DNA from: a virus
Reading direction: 5' to 3' (one strand)
DNA: 64,000 nucleotides
IMG/VR virus record: IMGVR_UViG_3300032291_002524
Coordinates: 1-64,000 of that record
Within the stretch, counting starts at the first letter, position 1. Each line of letters opens with the position of its first letter. Shown one piece after another: positions 50,834 through 59,551 of this stretch. The notes beneath the pieces are model-generated. The model was not told the DNA's origin. It worked only from the letters and a program-made list of their open reading frames with translations, and made no database searches. The position numbers and the translations under genes were made by a program.

Positions 50834-51216
50834 GGGGATGACACAGAATTGATTGGCGTGGTTAGTCAATTGGTGCACGTATGAGCTGAATTAACTCATT
50901 AAAAACTGATTTAAAAACACAAACGGCAACGTTTTAAATAAAATGGCTGCTTGCGGTTTAATCCGTGAAGACGCTGCTGTTGTAGCTTAATCAGCACAAC
51001 ACACTCAGGTCGGGGGACATATAACCTAGGAACAGAAGTCTTTAGAGGTGTGGTTTCTATCTTAAAAGAAACAAGTGGAGGATTAGTTCTCAGTAAACCG
51101 AACCACTATAAAATAAGGGAATTGTGAATTTCGGAACATTAGCAAATGTTGACCTAAACGTGTAGGACCTTTTGGTTAAGACGAACAAGACCGCGGGGCA
51201 GTGCCGCGCATCTCCA
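50834..51216 (+). ncRNA. ssrA: tmRNA (one-piece, CCA not encoded)
   Basis: Acceptor stem GGGGATG/CATCTCC-A with the G3:U70 alanine determinant; GAC-CGCGG-GGCAGTG-CCGCG T-arm; helix-2 pairing TGCACGT/ACGTGTA; PK1-like ATGAG/CTCAT; internal Ala-ending tag frame. Confidence 0.92.
50925..50990 (+). other. tmRNA tag reading frame, (A)GNVLNKMAACGLIREDAAVVA*
   Basis: Resume codon GGC follows an A-rich segment after PK1; ends at TAA with a hydrophobic, Ala-terminated C-terminus. The resume position is inferred. Confidence 0.75.
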
Positions 51217-51270
51217 GGCTCACAATTGAATACCTCCACGTGGTGTGAGCTGGGTAACGCTAAATTCAAT
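51217..51270 (+). ncRNA. Minimal HDV-like (theta-type) self-cleaving ribozyme
   Basis: P1 GGCTCAC/GTGAGCT (G1-U wobble), J1/2 A, P2 ATTGAAT/ATTCAAT, P3 ACC/GGT, L3 TCCACGT, P1.1 CC/GG, vestigial P4 GTAAC, J4/2 GCTAA with catalytic C51260. Confidence 0.88.
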
Positions 51271-51297
51271 AATCATTACAGTTATTAATTAAAAATT

Positions 51298-51328
51298 AAA
51301 GTGGTCAAATTCGACCACTTTTTTTTTG
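51298..51328 (+). terminator. Intrinsic terminator after the tmRNA-ribozyme unit
   Basis: AAAGTGGTC-aaattc-GACCACTTT followed by a T-tract. Confidence 0.85.
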
Positions 51329-51356
51329 TGCATTTAAAATCTATTTAGTATCTTTG
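51325..51356 (+). promoter_or_regulatory. Bacteroidota sigma-A promoter
   Basis: TTTG (51325-51328), N20, TATCTTTG (51349-51356). Confidence 0.7.
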
Positions 51357-51376
51357 TATTACTAAACACCACCACT

Positions 51377-52114
51377 ATGAACACAATCATTAAACACAAC
51401 ACAAGAGTAAGAAATTACAACGGGCAAAACGATTTTATCCGTAAAATGAAAGAAGTTGTATATCAGTACGGAGGATTAACAGAAAAACAAGCATTGGCAG
51501 TTGAAAAGGCACTTAGTGAGAAAACAAATGTCGATACTCGTTCCTTACCAGATAATCTAAAATCGATTGCCGATTATTCGGGGGATAATGTATTCGTGTT
51601 GGATGTTAAAAGTAAATTCCTTAAATATGGTACTTTAACAGATGCCCAAGTATCTGCGGCGAATAAACAAATTAAAAAAGAAGACGAATCAAAACAACGT
51701 ATTGATGTCAATATTGATGTGATTGGTGAAACAGTAATTGTTGGTCGAAACACGGGTGAAAAGTTGAAGAAAGATAAAGGTTTAAATTTTAACCCTGTTC
51801 TATTGGATATTACCGAAGTTATGACCTTAACTGCTAAGGCAATTAAATTTAAAGGTAAATTAACAACTAAAAACGGTAACATTTGTAAGTCTTGCGGACG
51901 AGTATTAACTGATGAATTTTCACGGTTAACGGGTTATGGTAAGACTTGTGCGAAACATTTGGGTGTTGAATATATTAAAGACGAATCTGAAGTTGAGCGT
52001 TTTAATCAGGAAGCACTTCAAAAAGTTGAAGAAATTGGTGAAATGGAATTTTGGGTTCCTCGTCGTCAAATCAAAGTATGGAATGGTGAAAGTGCAATTT
52101 TAATGAAAATGTAA
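51377..52114 (+). CDS. Hypothetical protein with a duplicated N-terminal motif and a DUF6011-like zinc finger
   Basis: Y.G.N.F......(Y)G.LT..Q occurs twice; CKSCGRVLTDEFSRLTGYGKTCA. Confidence 0.65.
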   Translation: MNTIIKHNTRVRNYNGQNDFIRKMKEVVYQYGGLTEKQALAVEKALSEKTNVDTRSLPDNLKSIADYSGDNVFVLDVKSKFLKYGTLTDAQVSAANKQIKKEDESKQRIDVNIDVIGETVIVGRNTGEKLKKDKGLNFNPVLLDITEVMTLTAKAIKFKGKLTTKNGNICKSCGRVLTDEFSRLTGYGKTCAKHLGVEYIKDESEVERFNQEALQKVEEIGEMEFWVPRRQIKVWNGESAILMKM

Positions 52115-52594
52115 ATGCAGACGTTCCTACCTTATCCCGATTTTAAAGAAAGTTTCCGAGCCTTAGATAATAAAAGACTCGGAAAACAAAGAGTTGAATC
52201 ATTTCAAATTTTAAATGCGATATTAGGTCGACCAAAAAAAGACGGTAAACCATATAAAGGGTGGTTAAATCATCCGTGTTCGATTATGTGGAAAGAGCAC
52301 GTTCCGGCCCTTCAAATGTATTTTAATGAATGTATTGATGTATGGATTGAACGCGGATTTAAAAATTCGATGGAATATGAAGAATATGTTGGTGAAATAA
52401 TCTTACCTGATTGGATAGGATACGAAGCATTTCACGCATCTCACAGAGCCAATTTACTTAGGAAGGATTTAACATATTATTCACAACATAATTGGGATGA
52501 AAATCCTGATGACCCATACTTATGGCTAGACGATAACAAAACTTGGTATCAACAAATAGTTGGGTCGAAAAAAAGGGTTTATTTGATTAAATAA
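52115..52594 (+). CDS. Pyrimidine-dimer DNA glycosylase/DenV-related protein (MSMEG_6728-like)
   Basis: MQTFLPYPDF...LDNKRLGKQRVE..QIL, W.NHP...MW, SHRANLLRKD...Y. Confidence 0.8.
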   Translation: MQTFLPYPDFKESFRALDNKRLGKQRVESFQILNAILGRPKKDGKPYKGWLNHPCSIMWKEHVPALQMYFNECIDVWIERGFKNSMEYEEYVGEIILPDWIGYEAFHASHRANLLRKDLTYYSQHNWDENPDDPYLWLDDNKTWYQQIVGSKKRVYLIK

Positions 52595-52622
52595 ACAAAA
52601 ACAATTAACATTACTCTGAATT

Positions 52623-53120
52623 ATGGAGACTGTAATAGTATTAAATTTTGATTATACACCATTAAACGTAACTTCTATACGTAGAGGTTTTGTATTAGTG
52701 GACAAAGGAAAGGCGGAGATTTTAAAAGAATATGATGACCCAATTATCACAACAGTTGGTAGGTTGGTGAAACCATTAATTATACGATTATTAAAATTTA
52801 TCAATTATCATAATAAGAAAGATTTAAAAATTTCAAGACAAAGAATCTATCAAAGGGATGGATTTCAATGTGTGTATTGCGGTACGTATAAAAATTTAAC
52901 AATTGACCATGTAATGCCTAAGTCACGTGGTGGTGCCAATTCTTGGGAAAATATGGTTACTTGTTGTTTTACTTGTAATTCAAAAAAAGGTAGTAAAACA
53001 CCTGAAGAGGCAAATATGTCAATGAGAGTTCGTCCGTATAAACCATCGGTATTCTCAGAATTGGTTGCAGGAAGGGCTGCAAATATTTGGCAAAGTCTTC
53101 AGAAAGAAATTTTTAATTAA
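52623..53120 (+). CDS. HNH endonuclease (McrA/HNH_5-like)
   Basis: VLN.DY.PL N-terminus; RDGFQCVYCG, TIDHVMPKSRGG..SWENMVTCC..CN..KG. Confidence 0.9.
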   Translation: METVIVLNFDYTPLNVTSIRRGFVLVDKGKAEILKEYDDPIITTVGRLVKPLIIRLLKFINYHNKKDLKISRQRIYQRDGFQCVYCGTYKNLTIDHVMPKSRGGANSWENMVTCCFTCNSKKGSKTPEEANMSMRVRPYKPSVFSELVAGRAANIWQSLQKEIFN

Positions 53121-53151
53121 AAAAAAAAGGTGTCTCACGACACCTTCTTTT
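53121..53151. terminator. Intrinsic terminator between convergent genes
   Basis: AAGGTGTC-tcac-GACACCTT flanked by A/T tracts. Confidence 0.8.
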
Positions 53152-53183
53152 TAGATTTGGACCCCTCCTCCCTGTTAGACAGT

Positions 53184-53831
53184 TTATCCGATAACAGTAC
53201 TTCTAATCTGTTCGGCTTTTGAATCCATTTTATCATTAATTTTGTTCAAATCGTCTCCAATTTGTGAACTGATTTTACCTGATAAATTTGCCAAGTATCT
53301 TTCATCGTTCATTAATGACATAACAGTATTTTTAAATACTTGTCCGGTTTTACCCCCTAACTGTTGGTCGATTCCTGATGTTACTATATTATCTTGAAAT
53401 CCTTTAATGTATCCTTTCGCAATTTTATCGGCAATAAAATCATTATCAGAAAAAAGTTTTGGTACTTCTTCATTCGGAGTTGAAACAATTTCGGTTTTAA
53501 CTGATTCAGATGCCCATGGGTCGATATCCATTTTTGTTGTTACCCAATCACCCATTCTATTTTTAACTGTGTCCCAAAAATCTGAATCAAAATCACCAAA
53601 TAAAGATTGTAATATATTGAATAACGATTCGTTAATATTTTGTTTATTGAATTTCTTATTATTGAACTTAACAACTTTATATTGTATCTGTTCGAATAAT
53701 GAATCCAAATCATCACATGATTTTAAAGTTGAGAATTGGTTATTCAATATTTTTGTTTCCAAAATAAAAGAACTTTTTTTTTGGTTATTCTCTTTTAATA
53801 ATTCTTTATGAATTTTCCCTTTTAAGTCCAT
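53184..53831 (-). CDS. Hypothetical protein
   Basis: 215-aa ORF; TATTTAT-N4-ATG. Confidence 0.65.
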   Translation of the reverse strand: MDLKGKIHKELLKENNQKKSSFILETKILNNQFSTLKSCDDLDSLFEQIQYKVVKFNNKKFNKQNINESLFNILQSLFGDFDSDFWDTVKNRMGDWVTTKMDIDPWASESVKTEIVSTPNEEVPKLFSDNDFIADKIAKGYIKGFQDNIVTSGIDQQLGGKTGQVFKNTVMSLMNDERYLANLSGKISSQIGDDLNKINDKMDSKAEQIRSTVIG

Positions 53832-53844
53832 AATAATAAATATC

Positions 53845-56709
53845 TTAACTTGTTGAATTATTTACTGTGGGTGTTTCGGGTTTATTAAAAATATCTTTAT
53901 TAATGTTGAATGGGTTTTGTAAATTACCAATTCTATTCATGTCAGATATTTTTAATCTGAATTTATTTCTGTGTTTGGCAATACACCACTCAACCGAGTT
54001 TTTAATACTTGTCAAAGTAACATCAGTTTCAATACCCTTCATATTACCAACTGATATTGATTGTTGTATAACAGGTATTTTCTTAGAATATGTATCAATC
54101 AACATTCTACACGTATCCCAATCAGGGTTACCTGTTAAATCAACTCGTTTGGAATATATTAAAATGTCTTTAACATTTTTATTGTTCGCAAATTCTGAAG
54201 ATACTATTGGTTTTTGATTACTTGTTGGAGGTGTTTCAGATGTTGTTTTTGGTTTCGATTTTAAATTTGGGTAGAGATTAATAACTAAATCAGTATCAAT
54301 TTCACCTGTCACGGGTAATTGATTTTGTTTCTGATATTCAATAATAAAATTAGAAAACTCTTTTGTCATCACAGGACCTTGTTCGGTCTCATAACCCATT
54401 TGTGTTTTAATTTTCGAAATAGTATCTGATTTATCTGGATATTGATAGTTATCACTATTGGTTTTTAGTGATATATTACCATCGTTGGCGATAGTATTAA
54501 TGGTTATGTTAGATTTATCATTATATGACTTTGGTACCAACACATTATTAATAATCCTTAAAACAACGTATTCATCGGATTGTTCCAAAATTAAATTTAA
54601 TAGACTATTAAACCTTTCTAATTGTAAGTCTATTGATATTTTTTTCCCCGATAAATCTTTTTCATATTCTTTGGGTATTGCAATTTGATAAATATTATTT
54701 CCATATTTTTCATAAATTGTTCTAACATATGCTAATGGAACTGATATATTTAAATCTTTAGATTTTGTAAGAATTTCGGTAATTAGATTTGTATCTAATG
54801 GAATAGTAATCGGTTCTCTCGAATTTTTAGTGTAAAACTTAAATAATCTGTTTAATTTTTCAATTTCAGAACCACCAGTTATGTTGGTATCATCTTTAAC
54901 ATTAGATTTAACCGATAAATAATCATCTTTATATAGATTCCAAGCTTTTGACGTTGATGGCCCGTAATAACCATATCCCTGACCTTTATTTAATTTACCA
55001 CCCTTTAACCATGTTGGGTAATTAGTGTCTAGCCAATCTTGAAATTGTTGTACTTTACCCGGACCTGGAAAAGTTTTAACATCACCACCTGATGTTTTAA
55101 CTTTATTTAATTTTGTATTATCTTTTTTTTTTGTTTTGTTTAAAACAGGTTGTTCTTTTAATATTCTAGCCAAACCAATAACATTTTCGTTCATTTTTTG
55201 AACCCAAGGCCAAGTAAATATAATTTTACTAAACTCAGGATGGTCTTTCATTAATTCAGTAGAAACTTCAGTATATACTGTTTCTGGGTCTAATGATAAT
55301 TCTAATAAATCTTGGTTATTTGGTACTTTTTTATTTTTAATAATTTCATTAAATAAATTACTAATCTTTTCATTTTCCTTATTTGTACCTGCTTTTGACC
55401 AAATTCTATCAACATATCTTTTTAAATCATTAAGAATTTTAGTTCTTGTATTATAATCAAAAGTAATTGTTTCACCATCACGATTTATGGCTTTTAATAT
55501 CACATTTTTATCGGAATTATTGAATGGAATCCAATCAGAATTTTCATTTCTTGAATCTAATTTAATTTGCATTTGTGAGTATCCATCGACACCACCATAA
55601 GATTTTGTAACTGCCTTCATAACAGTGTTTATGGATTCTAATGTTGAAACATCACTTGTCATAACCGTTAAAAATTGAAAGTCAGGATTTATACTATTTT
55701 CACTAAAAACAATATTATCAATATTTTTAATATTTTGTTCACGTAAAAACCTTAAAAGACTTTGTCCTCCTGAAAGTTCTTGAAATTTTGATAAAAAATA
55801 AATAAAATTAATTCCGTCAAAATTTGTCGTTATATTGTTAAATAACTCCTCAACTTCACCTGTTGTTGTTTTAAACCAACTTTTTGTGTTGAAAAAATCT
55901 TGAGCGTATTTATCCATTTCCGCTTTATTTTCTTCTGTAATGCCATAAATATTTGATATTTCTTCAGGTGATAAACCTGATGTTAAAATATCTTGATTAT
56001 TTAAAAGTAGTTTAAATAACTTAGCTCCTTTTGTTTTTAACGACTCATCAATAATAGTATTTAAAGAACTTCCACCTTCATTAAGAAGTCTATATAACGG
56101 TTTTAGAAGACCCGTAGACGCTAAAATAGACAAACCCCAAAAATATTTTGATTTTAACATTGGAACAACCAATTCTTTTGAGCCTTTAATAACATCTTTT
56201 AAAATTGGTAATATACCAACTTTAAGTGTAAATCCTTGTATTTCCTTTTCAAATCTACCATATTGTTCTCCCTCTAATAATTGTTTAAAAGTACTTAAAA
56301 ATTTTCCTTTAGTTAAATCATCAGAATTTTTAAAATCACTTTTAAATGTTTCCGCTAATTCTTTAATATACTTAGGGTCAATGTCATCTAACCTACTATT
56401 TAATTCTTTAATAAAATTTTTTTGATTTGTATTAAAATTTTTAATATCAATATTATCTAATTTATTTAATTCATCTAACAATTTTGTTTTAGTATCTATT
56501 TTTTCGGTAACTTCAACGCCACTTCTATATGGTGATTCTTTCTTTATTTCAAGATTAAAACCTTTCACATCGTTATCGTCAAGAGCATTTAACTTATTAA
56601 TTAGTTTTGGCTTAATTCCGTCTGAGAATTTAAATTTAATTATTGACGCTTCATTAATTGCCATCAAATTTTTTATATGAGTTATTTCATTAATAATATT
56701 ATTTTTCAT
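53845..56709 (-). CDS. Large modular virion-associated protein with two peptidoglycan-binding-like motifs
   Basis: VQQFQDWL...GYYGPSTSKAW and IIEYQKQNQLPVTGEID; TATTTAT-N5-ATG. Confidence 0.55.
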   Translation of the reverse strand: MKNNIINEITHIKNLMAINEASIIKFKFSDGIKPKLINKLNALDDNDVKGFNLEIKKESPYRSGVEVTEKIDTKTKLLDELNKLDNIDIKNFNTNQKNFIKELNSRLDDIDPKYIKELAETFKSDFKNSDDLTKGKFLSTFKQLLEGEQYGRFEKEIQGFTLKVGILPILKDVIKGSKELVVPMLKSKYFWGLSILASTGLLKPLYRLLNEGGSSLNTIIDESLKTKGAKLFKLLLNNQDILTSGLSPEEISNIYGITEENKAEMDKYAQDFFNTKSWFKTTTGEVEELFNNITTNFDGINFIYFLSKFQELSGGQSLLRFLREQNIKNIDNIVFSENSINPDFQFLTVMTSDVSTLESINTVMKAVTKSYGGVDGYSQMQIKLDSRNENSDWIPFNNSDKNVILKAINRDGETITFDYNTRTKILNDLKRYVDRIWSKAGTNKENEKISNLFNEIIKNKKVPNNQDLLELSLDPETVYTEVSTELMKDHPEFSKIIFTWPWVQKMNENVIGLARILKEQPVLNKTKKKDNTKLNKVKTSGGDVKTFPGPGKVQQFQDWLDTNYPTWLKGGKLNKGQGYGYYGPSTSKAWNLYKDDYLSVKSNVKDDTNITGGSEIEKLNRLFKFYTKNSREPITIPLDTNLITEILTKSKDLNISVPLAYVRTIYEKYGNNIYQIAIPKEYEKDLSGKKISIDLQLERFNSLLNLILEQSDEYVVLRIINNVLVPKSYNDKSNITINTIANDGNISLKTNSDNYQYPDKSDTISKIKTQMGYETEQGPVMTKEFSNFIIEYQKQNQLPVTGEIDTDLVINLYPNLKSKPKTTSETPPTSNQKPIVSSEFANNKNVKDILIYSKRVDLTGNPDWDTCRMLIDTYSKKIPVIQQSISVGNMKGIETDVTLTSIKNSVEWCIAKHRNKFRLKISDMNRIGNLQNPFNINKDIFNKPETPTVNNSTS

Positions 56710-56761
56710 ATTTTATAAATATATATTTTTTTTATTTAGTGTACCTATTAAACTTTAGAAA

Positions 56762-58216
56762 TTAAACACAAACATTTTTACCATTAATTTGAATTGAGTC
56801 TGGGTCACCATAAATTAAAGACGCCGGAATATTGTTTATCATTAAAATAGTTCCTTTTTCACCTCCTAAAACATACTTAGCACTACCTTTCTTATATTGG
56901 TTTTGTAAATATTGATTACAAGGTGAATCAATTACTTGTAAAACTTCCTCCATATATGTGTTTGGATTTTCATTTGCAATTTTAATAGATTCTTCTTTCA
57001 ACTCAGATAATAATTCATTTCCTTTACTTATTATAATTTCTTTTGTTGGATTTTCTAAGTTTTTAACTTCATCATTTGAAGTATTACCTAAATTAATAAT
57101 GTTTGTTGTGTCTTTTTCAGGTACTATTTTACCAGCTAATCTAAATTGTTCAGATGACGGTGTAACACCTTTTTTCTGCCATAAATCAGGTCCTCCTGCA
57201 ATTAATCTTAATTCATCAATACCTAAACCAATTGTTGAATTTAATAATGGACTAACCGTTTGTGAGATTTTTTCTTCATTAATTTTAATTAATGCAACCA
57301 TAGCACCTGCAACAGGTAATGCATTTAAAAATAAAATACTAACATATCCGGCAATTGCGGTACCAAGTAATTGAGATAATTTTTTATTAATGTATTCTAC
57401 AACTTTTTTAATTGGTTCTGTTATTGGTTTACCAATGTTACCAAAACTTTTAATAAATTTTGTTATCCAAACTTTAATGGTTTGAATTAACCCATCAATT
57501 TGTTTTACATTTTTTCTAATCCATTGTGAAGCGTTTTTAGCCCCTTTAAATGACGCACCTATTGTACCAAATAACGCAACGGTATATGCACTTTCTTTAA
57601 CTCTATTCCATTTTTCATCACTATTCGGGTCATTAATCGCATATAAAAAATCAATTAATAATATTAAAACGTCAACACCCCAATCAATTATTTGAACTGC
57701 AAGAAATCCAAGACCTTCTGTGACTGAACCAAATGCAACACTAATTGCTGTTTGCATAACCTGCATGGATGTTGATTGCCATATACTTCTAAATTCTAAA
57801 AACCATTTATATAGTGTTGATATGTCTGATGGAATAGTTCTTAGTGGTTTTAATTTGCTGGCAATTTCTAAAGTTTGTTTATCAATACCTAAACTTCTTG
57901 GGTACCATCCTTGTGGACCTAAAACATCTGATTGTGGTATTTCAGGTTCATTAATCGGTATCGGTTTTGCAATTATACCTAAAGAAGGCTGTATTTTTTT
58001 AGGATATTGTGACGGTGTTAAATTAGGATATAATGTTGACGCTCTACGAACATTCGAAGGTATTTGTATTGGTCCACCACCTTTTAAATTACCTGAATTA
58101 TCATAATAAAAAGTATTTTGTTCTAAAATTAATATTTTATTTTCCGATAATGTTTTTGATGAATCATAATTCATCTTTAATAAAATATCTCTTAAAATTT
58201 CTTGATGATTGTTCAT
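56762..58216 (-). CDS. Hypothetical protein with central hydrophobic helices
   Basis: 484 aa; hydrophobic segments such as WGVDVLILLIDFLYA and IAGYVSILFLNALPVAGAMVALI. Confidence 0.65.
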   Translation of the reverse strand: MNNHQEILRDILLKMNYDSSKTLSENKILILEQNTFYYDNSGNLKGGGPIQIPSNVRRASTLYPNLTPSQYPKKIQPSLGIIAKPIPINEPEIPQSDVLGPQGWYPRSLGIDKQTLEIASKLKPLRTIPSDISTLYKWFLEFRSIWQSTSMQVMQTAISVAFGSVTEGLGFLAVQIIDWGVDVLILLIDFLYAINDPNSDEKWNRVKESAYTVALFGTIGASFKGAKNASQWIRKNVKQIDGLIQTIKVWITKFIKSFGNIGKPITEPIKKVVEYINKKLSQLLGTAIAGYVSILFLNALPVAGAMVALIKINEEKISQTVSPLLNSTIGLGIDELRLIAGGPDLWQKKGVTPSSEQFRLAGKIVPEKDTTNIINLGNTSNDEVKNLENPTKEIIISKGNELLSELKEESIKIANENPNTYMEEVLQVIDSPCNQYLQNQYKKGSAKYVLGGEKGTILMINNIPASLIYGDPDSIQINGKNVCV

Positions 58217-58515
58217 AATAATGTATTTCCTTTACCTCTGACAACACCTGAATCCCATTTAGTGTTACCAATTTGGTTCCCTTTACCTCTTTTAACACCC
58301 GACTCCCATTTAGTATTACCAATTTGATTACCTTTACCTCTTTTAACACCCGAATCCCACTTTGTCACAGTTGGATAACCTTCTTTTCCCCCACCACTAG
58401 ATGGCGTTGGTGTTTCAATCTCATCTTCTGATAATTCTTCATCTTCTGATAATTCTTCATCTTCAGATAGAAATCTAATCAAATCTTTAATTTTTTTTAT
58501 TTCGTCATTTATCAT
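58213..58515 (-). CDS. Small protein with an acidic N-half and three basic 17-aa repeats
   Basis: EELSED repeats followed by TKW(D/E)SGV(K/V)RGKGN x3. Confidence 0.7.
   Translation of the reverse strand: MINDEIKKIKDLIRFLSEDEELSEDEELSEDEIETPTPSSGGGKEGYPTVTKWDSGVKRGKGNQIGNTKWESGVKRGKGNQIGNTKWDSGVVRGKGNTLL
58226..58365. repeat. 51-bp degenerate tandem coding repeat (about 3 copies)
   Basis: Copies differ mainly at synonymous positions, which supports protein-level selection. Confidence 0.8.
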
Positions 58516-58542
58516 TAAATATAAATATCGTTCAACAATTAA

Positions 58543-58836
58543 TTATTCATATTCTAATGATGGTAACTTATCAGGATAGACAACGTAGAACTCATTTAAA
58601 AAAGATATCAATTCATCTTCATCGATATAATCAAAAAAATCATTGTCATCCGATGAATCATCATCTTCAAATAAAAACTCAGTTATAGGTGTTAAAAATC
58701 CATATCCAAATTCATCAAAGTATGTATTTTCGATTTCATCGATTCTAACCATATCTTCATCGTCATTAACTAATCTAAAAACAACCTCAGTTGTTTTTTC
58801 ATTTTGATTATATGATAATAGTTCTAAAATTTCCAT
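58543..58836 (-). CDS. Hypothetical acidic protein
   Basis: 97-aa ORF. Confidence 0.6.
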   Translation of the reverse strand: MEILELLSYNQNEKTTEVVFRLVNDDEDMVRIDEIENTYFDEFGYGFLTPITEFLFEDDDSSDDNDFFDYIDEDELISFLNEFYVVYPDKLPSLEYE

Positions 58837-58894
58837 TTTTAGTTTTATTATTGTGTTCTAAGTAAAATATTTAGTTTTTATCTAAAAGATAGGT

Positions 58895-59551
58895 TTAATT
58901 ATAATTAGTAAATCTTTTAAACCAATTTAACGATTCTTTAATTGATTCTTTAACGTCTTCAATTTGTTCATCGTCTTCCATTTCGGCGAACATTCCATCT
59001 GTTGCCAAAGGTCCGTCAGAATCGAATTCATAGGCCGGTTTTTCGTTAGGATACATTTCCATACCGTCGGCAGATAAATCCAAACTTAGGTCATCTTTAT
59101 CTTCTAATGAATATTTTAAATCATCATCGAATTGTTCAGGACCTTTTGAATCAAAGTCATATGCACCGAAATCAATATCACCGTAAGGTTCTTGAATACC
59201 AGCATAAACTTCTTCATCAACTTCCTGTTCAACATAATCAAATGAACCATATTTAGGTTCAGCAACCTGCCCTTCCATTTTATACCCACATTTCATACAT
59301 TCACCTTCATACATTGTGCCGCCACATTCGCATGTCATTTCTTTACTTTCGCGTAAGTTCAGATTCGAGTATGTTCTTACATTACCATTAGAAGTAACTT
59401 GAACTCCGTTTTTATCACCTGCAGGGTCATAAACACGAATTCTATTATCGGGTTTGGGTAGTTGCATGGTTTGATAACCATTATATATTGAACTGTGTTG
59501 TGATAACAACGCTTGTTTTTCTTCTTCTGATATATTTAACATGTATTTCAT
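58895..59551 (-). CDS. Hypothetical acidic protein with a CECGG..EG.C..CG knuckle
   Basis: 218 aa; TATTTAT-N4-ATG. Confidence 0.65.
   Translation of the reverse strand: MKYMLNISEEEKQALLSQHSSIYNGYQTMQLPKPDNRIRVYDPAGDKNGVQVTSNGNVRTYSNLNLRESKEMTCECGGTMYEGECMKCGYKMEGQVAEPKYGSFDYVEQEVDEEVYAGIQEPYGDIDFGAYDFDSKGPEQFDDDLKYSLEDKDDLSLDLSADGMEMYPNEKPAYEFDSDGPLATDGMFAEMEDDEQIEDVKESIKESLNWFKRFTNYN

Noticed and set aside
50626-50844. 72-aa minus-strand ORF from the ORF track
   Set aside because: It overlaps the 48521-50674 start, the promoter, the structured RNA and the tmRNA 5' end, and has no protein features.
52623-53120. HNH gene as a homing endonuclease or intron marker
   Set aside because: It is a free-standing McrA-like type, and no neighbouring gene is interrupted. 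Capsid, portal and terminase show no intron or intein.
58226-58470. Regularly spaced repeats resembling a mini CRISPR array
   Set aside because: The units are 51 and 18 bp, in frame, lack unique spacers and vary at synonymous sites. They are coding repeats, and no cas genes are present.
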